DNA of 64,000 nt from Trypanosoma brucei. Lineage: Eukaryota. Shown here piece by piece: positions 1 through 11,515 of the stretch. A program made the position numbers and the translations under genes. Below the pieces are notes generated by a model. It ran no database searches. It was not told the DNA's origin and worked only from the letters and a program-made list of their open reading frames with translations. How positions within the stretch are numbered: position 1 is the stretch's first letter; every line of letters begins with the position of its first letter. The DNA is taken from NCBI GenBank assembly GCA_000002445.1, contig CM000208.1:2368001-2432000 (forward strand), written 5' to 3'.

Positions 1-925
1 ACATCCCACTTATCAACCTGTAAGTCAATCAGAGAAGGCTGCCGAAAGTGCCGGCGGGTGGATGCACCGGAGGGTTGTGGGGAGGAAAAACGGCAGCGCA
101 CAACCGATTCAGTGCGAATGTAGGGAGGCCAAATCTCTTTTTTTTTTTTTTTGTTAGGATTATGGGCGCTGTACTGTTAGTATAAGAAACAGGGATGAGA
201 AAGGAAGAACACTATAAAGGGTGCTGTTGAGAAAATATCAGTTTAAATTCAGTTTTCAGTGTATGTGCGCGGTTTATCCGCGGGTGATCTTTCTTACTGA
301 AGGCTCTCACTGCTTTTCCAATCTAGCTATTATTGCGCGTTCTTTTGTTTAGTTTTGCTAATGGATGTGTCCCTGGGGTTATCTGTACTAGTGAAGTTAT
401 TCCACTTCGGGAGGCATAGCAGGTGGCGCTGCTTTTCCCCATCTTTTTTTGTACCGTTCCCTCCCCATGTGTTGGCGGCGAATGTGATGGTGTGTCAATT
501 GTGCGCGGCTCACTTCTCCGCATCCCGCTTTCTTCACACGCATTCCATGTCACTGTACTTGTATTTACCTCTCGTTGTACTTCACTCTTTCTCAGTTTCG
601 GACGGCAGTGTTGTGCAGTGCTCCCTCCTTGGTGAACCACTGGCTTTGCGCACGTCGAGGCCACGACCGTGTTAATTCTAGTGTCTCTTATCTTCTTTCG
701 ATCCATTTCCGTCTATTCACTTTTTATTTCCGCATGACTAAAGAAGAAAACTTAGCCGATAATCAAGGGAGAGCCAACCGCAAAAAGGCAAGCAGGCATA
801 CAACCGTTGTATTTTGTACCGGTAAATAACGGAGGGAAAAAGAAAGGAAATATAGGGAGGTTCAACCGAGAGAAACGAAGGAGAGAAAGAGGGGAAGTGA
901 AGGAACAGTCTCGTGAATAAACAAC

Positions 926-2152
926 ATGGCAACCAAGATGGTGACACCTACGGCAACGGCTAGCGACACAGATAATCCTGTGAGCACATACTTTCTGCAA
1001 AAGATTCAGGAGCTACGGGCTCAGGAAAAACGATTGCAGGATAATTATATGCGGCTGGAGGCTCAACGAAATGAACTTAACAGGCGTGTACGACATCTGA
1101 AGGAAGAAGTGCAACTTCTGCAGGAAAGTGGATCTATAGTTGCCGATGTCGTGCGAGTGATGAGCAAAGGCAAAGTGTTGGTGAACGTCAGCTCCAGTCA
1201 AGGGAAGCTAGTCGTTGATGTGGAGAAAACCGTTAATATCGATGACCTCTCGCGCAATGTTCGCGTGGCGCTTCGAAGTGGCACGTTTGCAATTCACTAC
1301 ATTCTTCCCACCAAGGTGGATCCACTTGTTTCCCTTATGAAGGTTGAAAACGCTGGTAGCGAGTCAACTTACGATGAGATTGGCGGCCTCTCTCGCCAGG
1401 TGAAGGAGATCAAAGAAGTGATTGAGTTGTCCGTTAAGCATCCTGAGCTTTTTGAAGCGTTAGGTATTGCCCAACCAAAGGGTGTGCTATTGTATGGGCC
1501 TCCAGGCACTGGAAAAACATTATTGGCACGAGCAGTGGCACACCACACCGACTGCACCTTCATTCGCGTGAGTGGCGCTGAGTTGGTGCAAAAGTACATT
1601 GGGGAAGGTGCTAGGCTCGTTCGTGAATTGTTCGTTATGGCCCGCGAGCACAGCCCATCTATAATCTTTATGGATGAAATCGATTCTATCGGTTCAACCC
1701 GTTTGGAAAATACGGGTCGTGGAGGTGACAGCGAGGTGCAGCGCACCATGTTAGAGTTACTCAATCAGCTCGATGGATTTGAGTCTACCCAGTCTATCAA
1801 GGTGATTATGGCCACGAACCGTGTGGATATACTAGACGAGGCGCTGCTTCGCCCGGGTCGAATTGACCGAAAGATTGAGTTTCCTGCACCCGACGAGCCG
1901 GCAAGGTTTGAGATTTTAAAGATTCATTCGAGGAAAATGAACCTGACACGTGGGATCAATCTCAGGACCGTAGCCGAGAAAACAAACCAATGTTCCGGTG
2001 CGGAGCTAAAGGCAGTGTGTACAGAGGCAGGAATGTTTGCTCTCCGCGAGCGCCGTGTGCACATTACTCAAGAAGACTTTGAACTTGCAGTCGCCAAAAT
2101 CATGCATAAGGACCAAGACAAGAGCGTCTCACTCAAGAAGATGTGGAAATAG
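926..2152 (+). CDS. RPT6: 26S proteasome regulatory ATPase subunit RPT6 (PSMC5/Sug1 orthologue), AAA+ ATPase
   Basis: Near-collinear match to PSMC5 across the whole 408 aa, including LSKIEELQ-like N-terminal coiled coil and Walker [28 protein letters not shown]. Also [14 protein letters not shown] (Walker B/DEID), [31 protein letters not shown] and a C-terminal HxTxEDFExAVAK motif. Confidence 0.95.
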   Translation: MATKMVTPTATASDTDNPVSTYFLQKIQELRAQEKRLQDNYMRLEAQRNELNRRVRHLKEEVQLLQESGSIVADVVRVMSKGKVLVNVSSSQGKLVVDVEKTVNIDDLSRNVRVALRSGTFAIHYILPTKVDPLVSLMKVENAGSESTYDEIGGLSRQVKEIKEVIELSVKHPELFEALGIAQPKGVLLYGPPGTGKTLLARAVAHHTDCTFIRVSGAELVQKYIGEGARLVRELFVMAREHSPSIIFMDEIDSIGSTRLENTGRGGDSEVQRTMLELLNQLDGFESTQSIKVIMATNRVDILDEALLRPGRIDRKIEFPAPDEPARFEILKIHSRKMNLTRGINLRTVAEKTNQCSGAELKAVCTEAGMFALRERRVHITQEDFELAVAKIMHKDQDKSVSLKKMWK

Positions 2153-2660
2153 CATTGTTTGCGTAAGGAAAGGAATATTTTTTCAAAGAGTAAAAACAAA
2201 TGCAACAGAAAAGGAACTTGTCGAGGAGGAGGTGGGCCCCGAGCAGAACACCTTTTTTCTCCACTTTTTTTCCTTCTATGGGGGTGGAGTTCGTTAGTTT
2301 GCCACCTTCAACATTCTTTTTGCTGTTTTCCTTCACTCTGTATCCCCTCACGTCTCAGTTTTTGCGGAGGATCACTACTGCCTGTCTACCGAGAAGGAGG
2401 GGCACCAGTATGTTGGTATATGTGCAGTTGCATGGAGGGGAGGAAGTTAATGGTGGGCGCTACAAGGGTGAGAGGGTAAATTCTTTTTGCACTGCAGCGT
2501 CGGAGCGCCAAATTTCGGTACCGAGTAGAGAGGACAGCGAAATGCAACCGGAGTCGAGTCGCATCAATGTGCATCCACTCTTTATGCTTTTTCGATAGCC
2601 TGCGGGTTCATATGTCTCACAGCTTTTTGTTTCGTGAATTTTCGAGGATTGGTTTGCCAC

Positions 2661-2700
2661 TTCTATGCCATTTTTTTTTTTTCGTTTAGCCTACTTCGCA
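2661..2700 (+). promoter_or_regulatory. Polypyrimidine tract / probable trans-splicing (spliced-leader) acceptor signal upstream of the HECT ligase gene
   Basis: T-rich run (ccatttttttttttttcgtttagcctacttcgc) followed by AG dinucleotides within about 350 nt of the ATG at 3052. In kinetoplastids, polyY tracts direct SL addition and upstream polyadenylation. Confidence 0.5.
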
Positions 2701-3051
2701 TATAAGTGTGCATACGGAATGAGGTAATCATTCCTCTGTGTCGATGACAGACAACGCGGTCAGTGGTGTTGATATCTGTACAGGAACTGATGTTAGTGGT
2801 TTATCACACATGGGGTGACATACCTGTGATGTGCTCACTTAAGTATGTGCGTTTTCTTTTTCTCTTTTCCCTTTCATATTTGCACTTTCTTTTTGTATAT
2901 TGACGGCTGTGACGACCTCACACATTTTGGAGTGTACGGGTCAGCCTAGTGGAGCGTGGCGCTGGGCCAGGTAACGGAAGGAACGCGGGAAGGCATTCGA
3001 ACCCCATAAAACGCGACTGGTAGCGGCACTTAGTGGTTTTAGCTTAACACC

Positions 3052-6000
3052 ATGGACGAAGAAACCACATTTCCACCTCAACAACAAGGGAAAGCGCTGA
3101 TCTCAGAGCTACGGAGTGTAGTTAATGACTACAGAAATAGGAAAACCGTGGAGGCTCGCGAAAAAATTATAGCAGCGATGGACAACACTTGTGCCTCTCT
3201 CTGCTTTGGTGATGAGGGGTTCATCCGCAACTTGAACCCTTGCAGTTTGGCGTCTGCTTTAGTTGCTGTCCTAACAAGTACTCTCGCAACTGATTACCCG
3301 GAGGTCCAATGCCTCGCGGTGCAGGCGCTGGCACTTGTGGCAGATCTTGTGCCACGAGGTGGTTTTGCTGTTGTAGCTGCAAGGGGTGTACAACCACTCC
3401 TGCTCCTCCTAAAGGAGCTGGATGCGTCAGAAAGCACGACACTGGAGGAGTTGTTGAGGTGTTTGACAAATCTCGCTTTTGAGGCTCACGAGCAGTTAAT
3501 GCAACACCAGGCATTTTCTGTTATTGTTTCCATTGAAAGGCGATTGGAAACTCATCGACTGCGTATGATGTGCCTCAAGTGTCTGTCACATCTTCTCACA
3601 TTGACCTCACCGGAAGAATGGAACATATATCTGTCCAAACCGTGTAGCTCGTTGATGGCAACATTTCATGAGGCGGTGACAAGACTTATGAAAGATGATT
3701 GTGCAGGTGATCGTCTGTCAAAAGACGACGAGGCTTATCTGCTGCGACTCCTCGAGTGTGTTGCATTAACGTTTGATAGGGTGCTGTGTTCGGCGAAAAT
3801 GATCGACAGGAACAGCAGGATGGTAGAGCAGCTTGTTTCGTCTCTCGTAGTGGTTATTAATGGAGCTGCTTCCATGGGTTCGCGCGGCACCGCCCTGCGT
3901 AATGCTGCGTGTTCGCCCCTTCTTACCCTTCTGTTCACAGACCCGGCTGTTACAGTGAGGATATTTCTTAAATGCCACGTGTTAGATTCTATATACAGTA
4001 ACATTTCTGGGCTACTCGAAAAGAGGCCGAAACAGGCTTCTTACAATGGCGCAGCCGTGATCTCTGCTCTCATGGAAGAGGATCTGACGGCCGTGCCGAG
4101 CGTAGCTGAGGAACAAAAGGTCATTCCCCTGCTAGAGTTTCTTCTAGTAGTTATGCCACCCTCATGCACTGCAAGTGATTGCGATTATTACACCACCTTA
4201 CCACACTATATTTGGCAGTGGGAAGATGACTTTCATAACTGGTGTGACTGCACCGAAGACTTAAGCAAACGACTAGAGGGGGAGTACATAAAACAGCGGC
4301 GACTCTCAGGATACACAGTTTTTGAAGTTTCTAATGCAACATCTACACTGAAGATTAACTTTTCTACCATGCGATACAGAAGCAGCGAAAGCCTGCACTA
4401 CCCTCACAACATTAGCCGTCGTCCATCTATTGCCGGATATATTTACCGGCGACCCATACGATGCCAGTGCGACGTTAAAGTTACACCGAACTCTTCATTG
4501 CCCGTCGAGGTGGCGTTGGGCAGGTTGGTTTCTCTCGGGGCAGGCACCACGACGGTTCTCGACGGTGAACCCGCCGTGGTGTCGGCCGGGGTACCGACGG
4601 GAAATGCGCATAGCAACGAACAATCTTATTGTGAAAGTGCATCATATAGTTTTGGCAACATCGCTGCTCCCTCGTCTTCGAACCAACCTTCAAGGGGTCA
4701 CGGGGCACATAATGGTGGTGTTGTGGAGGAGCGTGGGAGCCATTGCTGTTGTGTCAGCGTTTTGAGGTCACTGTTTCGTAAGTTGAAGGGTTCAGGACGT
4801 TCAACCGCAGTTCCCGAGGCCGGAAAATATGGTGCAGGGTCAGCGCTTACATCCTACGAAGTACTCGACGATGTTAGAGTGGAGCTTCTGCGCTGTGCTG
4901 CAACTCGTTCCAATTTCTTGCAGGAGCGGATGATCTACAGAATAATCCAACAGTATCTTCCAATTCTTATGCGTGTTGTGGATAGCACAGCCAATCTTAT
5001 CATCGTACGCCACTGTTCAGTACTGATTTTGCGCTGCGTTGACTTGGTGATAGGTTACTTTCGCTCAGGTGGGAGGGACCAGGGTCAACCTACCAGGACT
5101 CTCTGGGGCTTGTTTTGTGCCTTGGGCCCAAGTCTTGCGACGTCATTGTCCTATCTGACAACTTCCAGCACGACTCACGGATCGCTGACGCTATCGGCAG
5201 CACCCTTCAGGGAATTCCGGTGCGGTAGTGCGTTTGTGCTCGCGTTGTCAGCTTTAGACGTGACAGTTGGAACCCGGTTACCAGCAATGAATCTTGCTTG
5301 TGAAACTCAGCTGACCTCATTGAGTGCCCTGATGATGCTTTGCAGTCTCTGCCCCATAGGCGTGAAGGCGCTGACGAAGCAGCAGTCGCTCGCGTTATTG
5401 TGGAAACTGGAAAGGATTACTGGTCCCGCTGAACGCAGTTCACAAGGTGGCGTCCACCTGTTGCTTGAAGGACATAGAGTCCCGCCGTGTCCCTTTCACA
5501 CGAAGGCACTGCAAATTGAGGAACTGCGCAGAACGCTGGTTCAGCAGCTTTGTTCGTTACTGTGGACAAATGCAAGGGCGGTAGATCAAATGTTGCCCTT
5601 CAAAAAATGTTGTTTGGACATATCTGGAGACGATCAACAGGATAGTCAGCTTGGGGATTCCGTCGCCATGGGTTCACCTGAGGGGAGTGTGTCACCGAGT
5701 GCCAGTTGCACGAGCCTCACGTATATTTCTTCCAGTGGCGATCTGGACGGTGACACACCGCGTTCTCGCAGCACTCAGGTGATTAAACGATTAACACGGA
5801 TCAATGAGTACATGAAAGAGCACAGTAATGATCTCCCCGTGTTCTTGTATGATCAGCCGGAGCTGCTGAAGGATCTCGCTAGTGCTTTGCGCAGTGCTGA
5901 TGTAAGGGAGGTGATTGGTTCAAAGATGAATGAGGTCTTTTCCCAACTGATAAAGAGTTTGCTCCGCACCATCTGCAAGTACACGGGAATTGGCAGACTA

Positions 6001-8658
6001 GAGGAACCCCGCGCCGTAGAGCGTCAGTATTCGCGGTTTCAACGCCGTACCCGACGCAACAGGACTATGTTGATGGTGGTTGACTACCTGTGGACGCCTC
6101 TTCGGGTGAATCTTGTTAATACCCCTGTTCAAGCAGGTAAGAAGAGGAGTTTGTCTAAATTCTTTCGCTTGCAGAAAGACTCCACCAATGCGGCTGATGC
6201 GGGCTCACCAAATGCTCAGGTGAGGGAATCAGTGTTAAGCGTACTCCCAACGACTCCATTGAGTTACATTGCAAAGTATATTATAATGCGGTTAAATGAA
6301 GCTTGCAACAACACGTGTGACCCCAAATCAGAGGACGCGGAGCAGCAGCGGCAGCAAGAATTAGCTGAGGAAAGTAATTTCGGGGCGACGTTAGCCCACC
6401 AGGAGGCAGCCGACACTCCAGTTGGTGTCAATGGCGGCGTTGGTGAAGAAACTGCACTGGGAGGCAACGTGATAAACTTTTTAAACCGCAGAGAGTCTAG
6501 GTTGTCGGATGCTTCGGATGCCGACGACGAGGAAAGCGTGACTTCTGGTGATGCATCTGAGTTTTCGGAAGGCCGCGACGGGGATTACTTAAGTGAACAT
6601 GTTCTCAGCACTGTGTCGGCAACCGTTTCTATGGTGCCTCAAGCGCCCTCAAATATTTGCAGTGGGCCTTTAGGTGGACTGAGGGCCTCACAAGTTGAAG
6701 GTAGCACTTCCACCACAATTACCATCGACAATGTTGTCTTCTTCTGCGGGGGCAAGCCCGTAACAGACTTAAGCATATCCGTTTTAGACCTTTGTGGGAG
6801 TTCCTATTGTCAAGCTTCTGGTTGGTCCGATCTCCACCAGAGTGATTCCGACGAGAATTGCGGTGATAATGCACCTGTACGACACACTAGTGGTGAACGA
6901 CTTCACTACTTGATGAAAAATGTGCTTTCACTGTGGTCATCTGTACATACAATTAACTATTCCATTGTAGGAATGCGTGCCAATGAAGAGCGACGCGGTA
7001 CAGATGGCGAAGAGGTGTTGGATATGAATGAAAATTCCCCGGTCGAAGTTTTTTCTCGTTTGTCGTACTCCCCCAGAGGAACCCCATTTTTGTGGGCTGC
7101 GGCGGACCTTCTGAATGAAATGGGCCAGTTAGTGCGCGCTGCAGGTGGTGCTCTCTCCATGGATGATCCACTGGTGTCGAGCGCTTTGTTCCATGAATTC
7201 TACAATCACTTTGGTGTGTTGATGTTGCCCGCACTCGCGTATGGTATTATCCACGCCTACCTGGCGGATCAGCAGGACCGTTATCTCATTAGCTCCGTCC
7301 TTTGGAAGTACCCACAAACTTTCAGCTACGAAATTAGGCGGACACTGCTGCATTTGCTACTTTCAGTCCGACGTATACACACGCCAGCAATAGTTAAGTT
7401 GAAAGAATGGGCGTCAGGCTCAAGTCCCATACCTCCTGTCCAGGGTTTAGAATGGCTACGGCCCGATTTGAACATGCGTGGAACTTACAGGGTTCGAGTG
7501 CAGAGGTTTAACATTTTTGAGAGCGGCGCACGTGTGCTTCGTCGTCATGCAATGTGTCCACTTACGCTAAGTGTGGAGTTTGAGAATGAGCTTGGTGTTG
7601 GGGCGGGACCTGCAGTGGAGTTCTATAATTTATTGGCGAGGAAATTTCAAGACGTGCAACTTCACATGTGGCGCACAGAGGAATTCACCGATGAATCTGC
7701 TAAAACCGCGCGGCGCGTTCAACTCCCGCTGTTCCCTTCACTATTTCAGGATGACGAATCGCTTTCCAATTTTGAGCTCCTCGGGATGTTAGTGGGACGG
7801 GTGCTAATGGAGGAACGTGTGGTGGACCTTCCGCTGAGTGAGTGCTTTCTTCGTGGCATTCTAGGAGACTTGGATGACACTAACCGGCTGCCATATATCG
7901 ATCCCCAACTCGATAAGCAGCTGGATTCATTGCTTAAACTCACGGCCAATGAACTAGAGGAATGCGAACTAATGTTCGTAATTCAGCACGGGGACGCGGA
8001 GCACAACGGGGGTATTGTAGAACTCTGCCCTAACGGGGCCACAACTCAGGTTTCTGCTATGAATGTCAATGAGTATGTTCAGGAGGTGCGGCGGTACTAT
8101 TCGAAGACGGCCCTCGCACGGCCCGTCTCGCATTTCATCCAGGGACTCCGGTATACACTTATTCCTTACCATCTGCGACTCTTTGATGCCAGAGAGCTCC
8201 AGCTTGTCATATCGGGACCCGAAGGGAAGATATGGGAAAGTGCAGGAGACCTTCTGACCGTCATTACAACTAACCACGGTTATGACAAAAACTCCCTGGT
8301 TGTGGCTTATTTTGTGGAAGTGGTTAGCAGCTGGGATGTTTCTCTACAGCGGTCCTTCCTGCGCTTTGTGACGGGCTCCACTCGCATTCCCATAGGAGGA
8401 CTGCGACCCCCCATAACAGTGGTACGTCGTTCGGTGGAGGTGGCTCCCGGAGAGGCCACAAACCAGTTGGATACTACAAACAACTTTCTGATGGACGATC
8501 GAGCTGAGGTGTTACAAAACCTAATGGACGCCTCACTTCCTACCGTGAACACATGTGCGCACTACCTTAAACTTCCAAACTATAGTTCAAAGAAAATACT
8601 GGAGGAGAGGCTGAAATTGGCCATAACAGAGGGACAGGGTACATTCTCGCTAACGTAG
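3052..8658 (+). CDS. HECT-type E3 ubiquitin ligase, TRIP12/UFD4-like, with N-terminal ARM/HEAT-like repeats, a WWE domain and a C-terminal HECT domain
   Basis: The C-terminus ...NTCAHYLKLPNYSSKKILEERLKLAITEGQGTFSLT is the canonical HECT tail with catalytic Cys, about 4 residues from the end (HECT domain about nt 7579-8658). YIWQWEDDFHNWCDCTEDLSKRLEGEYIKQRRLSGYTVFEV... (about nt 4201-4432) fits the WWE-domain pattern (W..W..E, R..Y). The 1868-aa length and helical-repeat N-terminus fit TRIP12/UFD4 architecture. Confidence 0.8.
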   Translation: MDEETTFPPQQQGKALISELRSVVNDYRNRKTVEAREKIIAAMDNTCASLCFGDEGFIRNLNPCSLASALVAVLTSTLATDYPEVQCLAVQALALVADLVPRGGFAVVAARGVQPLLLLLKELDASESTTLEELLRCLTNLAFEAHEQLMQHQAFSVIVSIERRLETHRLRMMCLKCLSHLLTLTSPEEWNIYLSKPCSSLMATFHEAVTRLMKDDCAGDRLSKDDEAYLLRLLECVALTFDRVLCSAKMIDRNSRMVEQLVSSLVVVINGAASMGSRGTALRNAACSPLLTLLFTDPAVTVRIFLKCHVLDSIYSNISGLLEKRPKQASYNGAAVISALMEEDLTAVPSVAEEQKVIPLLEFLLVVMPPSCTASDCDYYTTLPHYIWQWEDDFHNWCDCTEDLSKRLEGEYIKQRRLSGYTVFEVSNATSTLKINFSTMRYRSSESLHYPHNISRRPSIAGYIYRRPIRCQCDVKVTPNSSLPVEVALGRLVSLGAGTTTVLDGEPAVVSAGVPTGNAHSNEQSYCESASYSFGNIAAPSSSNQPSRGHGAHNGGVVEERGSHCCCVSVLRSLFRKLKGSGRSTAVPEAGKYGAGSALTSYEVLDDVRVELLRCAATRSNFLQERMIYRIIQQYLPILMRVVDSTANLIIVRHCSVLILRCVDLVIGYFRSGGRDQGQPTRTLWGLFCALGPSLATSLSYLTTSSTTHGSLTLSAAPFREFRCGSAFVLALSALDVTVGTRLPAMNLACETQLTSLSALMMLCSLCPIGVKALTKQQSLALLWKLERITGPAERSSQGGVHLLLEGHRVPPCPFHTKALQIEELRRTLVQQLCSLLWTNARAVDQMLPFKKCCLDISGDDQQDSQLGDSVAMGSPEGSVSPSASCTSLTYISSSGDLDGDTPRSRSTQVIKRLTRINEYMKEHSNDLPVFLYDQPELLKDLASALRSADVREVIGSKMNEVFSQLIKSLLRTICKYTGIGRLEEPRAVERQYSRFQRRTRRNRTMLMVVDYLWTPLRVNLVNTPVQAGKKRSLSKFFRLQKDSTNAADAGSPNAQVRESVLSVLPTTPLSYIAKYIIMRLNEACNNTCDPKSEDAEQQRQQELAEESNFGATLAHQEAADTPVGVNGGVGEETALGGNVINFLNRRESRLSDASDADDEESVTSGDASEFSEGRDGDYLSEHVLSTVSATVSMVPQAPSNICSGPLGGLRASQVEGSTSTTITIDNVVFFCGGKPVTDLSISVLDLCGSSYCQASGWSDLHQSDSDENCGDNAPVRHTSGERLHYLMKNVLSLWSSVHTINYSIVGMRANEERRGTDGEEVLDMNENSPVEVFSRLSYSPRGTPFLWAAADLLNEMGQLVRAAGGALSMDDPLVSSALFHEFYNHFGVLMLPALAYGIIHAYLADQQDRYLISSVLWKYPQTFSYEIRRTLLHLLLSVRRIHTPAIVKLKEWASGSSPIPPVQGLEWLRPDLNMRGTYRVRVQRFNIFESGARVLRRHAMCPLTLSVEFENELGVGAGPAVEFYNLLARKFQDVQLHMWRTEEFTDESAKTARRVQLPLFPSLFQDDESLSNFELLGMLVGRVLMEERVVDLPLSECFLRGILGDLDDTNRLPYIDPQLDKQLDSLLKLTANELEECELMFVIQHGDAEHNGGIVELCPNGATTQVSAMNVNEYVQEVRRYYSKTALARPVSHFIQGLRYTLIPYHLRLFDARELQLVISGPEGKIWESAGDLLTVITTNHGYDKNSLVVAYFVEVVSSWDVSLQRSFLRFVTGSTRIPIGGLRPPITVVRRSVEVAPGEATNQLDTTNNFLMDDRAEVLQNLMDASLPTVNTCAHYLKLPNYSSKKILEERLKLAITEGQGTFSLT

Positions 8659-9999
8659 CAGGTATATGTATATGTGTGCGTGTAGTCGTCCACGAGGACA
8701 AACTACAGAAAGTTGGTATGGTGCATTATAGCTAATGTGGGGTGGAGTGAGTGCGAGTGCGATCAGCTGGAGGGACAGGAAAAGTAAGAATGAGGAAGAA
8801 TACAAGTATGGGAGCATGTGTATCAACTTATTGGGGTGATGTGTTGTTGTCATAGTGCCGTTATTTTGCTTGTTCTGGTTTCGATTGGGATATGTAAGTG
8901 ACACATCATTTGGGAAACCGCACGTGAAACTGTGATTTCATCTCCAATTTTTTTTTCTGGACATCACTATTCAGCGCGTGAGCGTCATCCCGCTCCCGCC
9001 ACAGTCCTTTCTCTCTCCCTCTTTGTTTCTTCACAGCCGTTTCTGTCAATTAGCTCCCAGCGGTACGTCGATGGTGTGTTATTTACTCTCCATGGCTTCC
9101 TTTGTGATTAACACAATCACCAGAAATGCTTTGTTTTTGTCTTTGGTCCGACGTTGGTGGGAAATGGAAGGGAACGTTGGCGCCATGACCTCTGCTACTT
9201 AAATAGTATTGTTTTCCTTTTTTTTTTCCTCCTTTTGTGTGTGTGTGTGCATGTATGTATGTGTTTTCTTTGCCAGATTGTATTATTCATGTGTAGGAGT
9301 GAAGATAATGCGGGTATTGTGTTATACCAGCTATCCGCTACAGGATGTGCGAAAAGTAAGTGAATGGAGCGAGTAGCGGTGAGGATTGTTGTGCCGAGTT
9401 TGAGCTTTTTATTATTGTTATTATTATTGTTATTAACTCTGTGAGAACTCACCCCTTTTCCTCCCTCGGGTTAACGTAAAGAGGAGAGAAGCAACCAGCA
9501 ACCCACAGTGTCGTGGGATGTGAAGTTCGAGAAGTGAATTGAAGGGGAAAGATACAAGGCCCTCAACTCCCGTTCACTGAGCAGAACAAAGCAGGGAAGA
9601 TACAACACCTCCATAAGGTTATTTTGATGCTAAACCTATTGTTCCTGTTGTGTTGGATTTGAAGTTTAGCAACTTTGAGTAGTACCAATGAATGAGTTCA
9701 GACTTTTCATCTTGTAATTGTTGTCGCTCGTTTTAATGATGTTGTTTAGTGCAACTCTTCACAAGGTGGTGGAGGTTGAAAGGTGAGCGTGTAAAAATGG
9801 TAACAGTGCCCAAATTCTCAATTGTGTATGAATGTAGGTTGTGTTCTGTCGATGTGAATCAGCTGCCAGCAAACGGAAACGTGGTGTATTCCAAGGGTTA
9901 GAGCAGCCTGGAAAAAAAAAATTCAAAAAAAAAAAAGAAGAACGTTGGTGTGTCTTCAACTATATGTAAATAAATAAATATAAATAAATTAATTAATAA

Positions 10000-10026
10000 A
10001 TATATATATATATATATATATATATG
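10000..10026. repeat. (TA)n dinucleotide microsatellite
   Basis: atatatatatatatatatatatatat read directly. Preceded by an (AAATA)-like AT-rich stretch from about 9965. Confidence 0.9.
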
Positions 10027-10459
10027 CATGTGTGTTTATGTGCAAACTTGTACCTACAGGTGCATGCACACACAAACATATGTGCGACATTTGCACATTG
10101 TTTAGCGGTAGAGGGGATGGAGAAAAGAAGAAATGCAAGAAAAGAAAAAGAGAAAAAGAGAAAAGCACAAATGGAAACAAGTAATTAATAAAAAGAAAAT
10201 GACGATACTACACTTTGTGCCCATTCACTGTTGTTGGATTTGCTTTGAAGTGACGAAGGCAATTGGTGCGTGAAGTCCCCTTTGGTCTTGAGGTGACTGC
10301 TCTCACCCACAAGATCTGTTTTTTTTTTTTCTTCTGACTCTCTCCTTCTTATTTCCCTTTTTTCTCTTTGCTTTCTTCGGGTAATCTCGTTTTTTTCCTT
10401 TTTTTTTCTTCTTTGTTGGAAACAACAAATCACGGAAACGAAGTCAACGGCATTAATAA

Positions 10460-10487
10460 TAATAAGTATAATAATTATTATTATTAA

Positions 10488-10533
<46 letters not shown>

Positions 10534-10540
10534 TATATAC
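10460..10540. repeat. (ATT)n trinucleotide microsatellite, about 20 units, followed by a short (TA)n
   Basis: attattattattaatattattattattattattattattattattattattatatatatatatatac read directly. Confidence 0.9.
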
Positions 10541-11515
10541 ATAAAAAAAAATCACCTGGTGTAGTATTTCCATCCCCTTTTTCTTATTTTACGAAATATT
10601 TGGTGGGTTCTGAGTTTGGAAGGAAGTGATATCAGTGACTGGTTTGTTCCCTTCTGTCCTTTTTTTTATTTTCTGTCTTTTGTTTTTTTTTTCCTTCGTC
10701 GACTATTATGTTGTCTGGAAAAGGAGTGACGAAGCGCGGAAGCATGCGATAGGACGAGGGACTTTCGGTAATCTGTTTTTTTTTTCAATCACCTGCTGTT
10801 GCTCCCTGTTATTCGACGATGGAGCAGGGAAAGTTGCGTGTGTTTGTGTCTGTAAGGAAAAAAAAGCTGTGGTAAATTCGGTTGATAAATTTCTCCTCCA
10901 TTCCGCGCGGCAGTTAACAACAATAAAAAAAAATTTTCTGCTCCTTGGGCTTTGACGCCTCAATGCTTGCGCTTCTATCTTGTATAACCACCTGTTCGCG
11001 CTGTTCAATTAAAGAAAAAAAAATGGTGGTGGTGGTATTTGTTTCTCTTTCTCTTTCTTTTTCCCCCTCCACTCCCTCCCTCTTTTCAGCCGCTGCACCA
11101 TCTATTGGAGTATAATAAAAGGTGAGAGTAAACACCTTCCCTTGTTTTTTTTTCTGAGCATTCCGCGTGTTCCTACATTTGTGGTTGTATATATGTACAT
11201 GCACAATGATGGTAAGATGGTTGTGCTGTTCCTTAAAGAAGGGAGGTGTCTCCACACGAATTGCTTCTTATGTAATGTTTTTAGCTGTTATTCCCCTTGT
11301 TGATGTGCTACGCATTCTGGAGTCTTTATATATCTTCGTGTTTTGTGCTATTTGCCAATGTGTAACATCTGTGTTTGCTACATCTTCTTCTTTATAAATA
11401 GTCTGGTTTCATTAGTCACAGTTTCCTCATTGAAGGGAGAGAGAGGCACTTGCAGGAGGAAGAGATAGTGACTCAGGGATTGTGTTTTTTGAAGGTGGAA
11501 TAAAGTGCTAGGAAG

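Noticed and set aside
2159-2660. ORFs 2159..2479, 2200..2598 (+) and 2386..2660 (-) immediately downstream of RPT6
   Set aside because: They overlap one another in different frames within what is most plausibly the RPT6 3' UTR and polyY region, and have no recognisable domains.
926-8658. RPT6 proteasome ATPase next to a HECT ubiquitin ligase, suggesting a ubiquitin-proteasome 'operon'
   Set aside because: Kinetoplastid polycistronic units are not functional operons, so gene order there does not imply co-function. Adjacency here is most likely coincidental.
10626-11255. ORFs 10626..10955 (+), 10914..11255 (-) and 10706..11008 (-) in the long intergenic gap
   Set aside because: These are translations of T-rich or A-rich low-complexity DNA (poly-Phe/Leu/Lys peptides) in mutually overlapping frames. 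They have no domain signal and are not credible genes.
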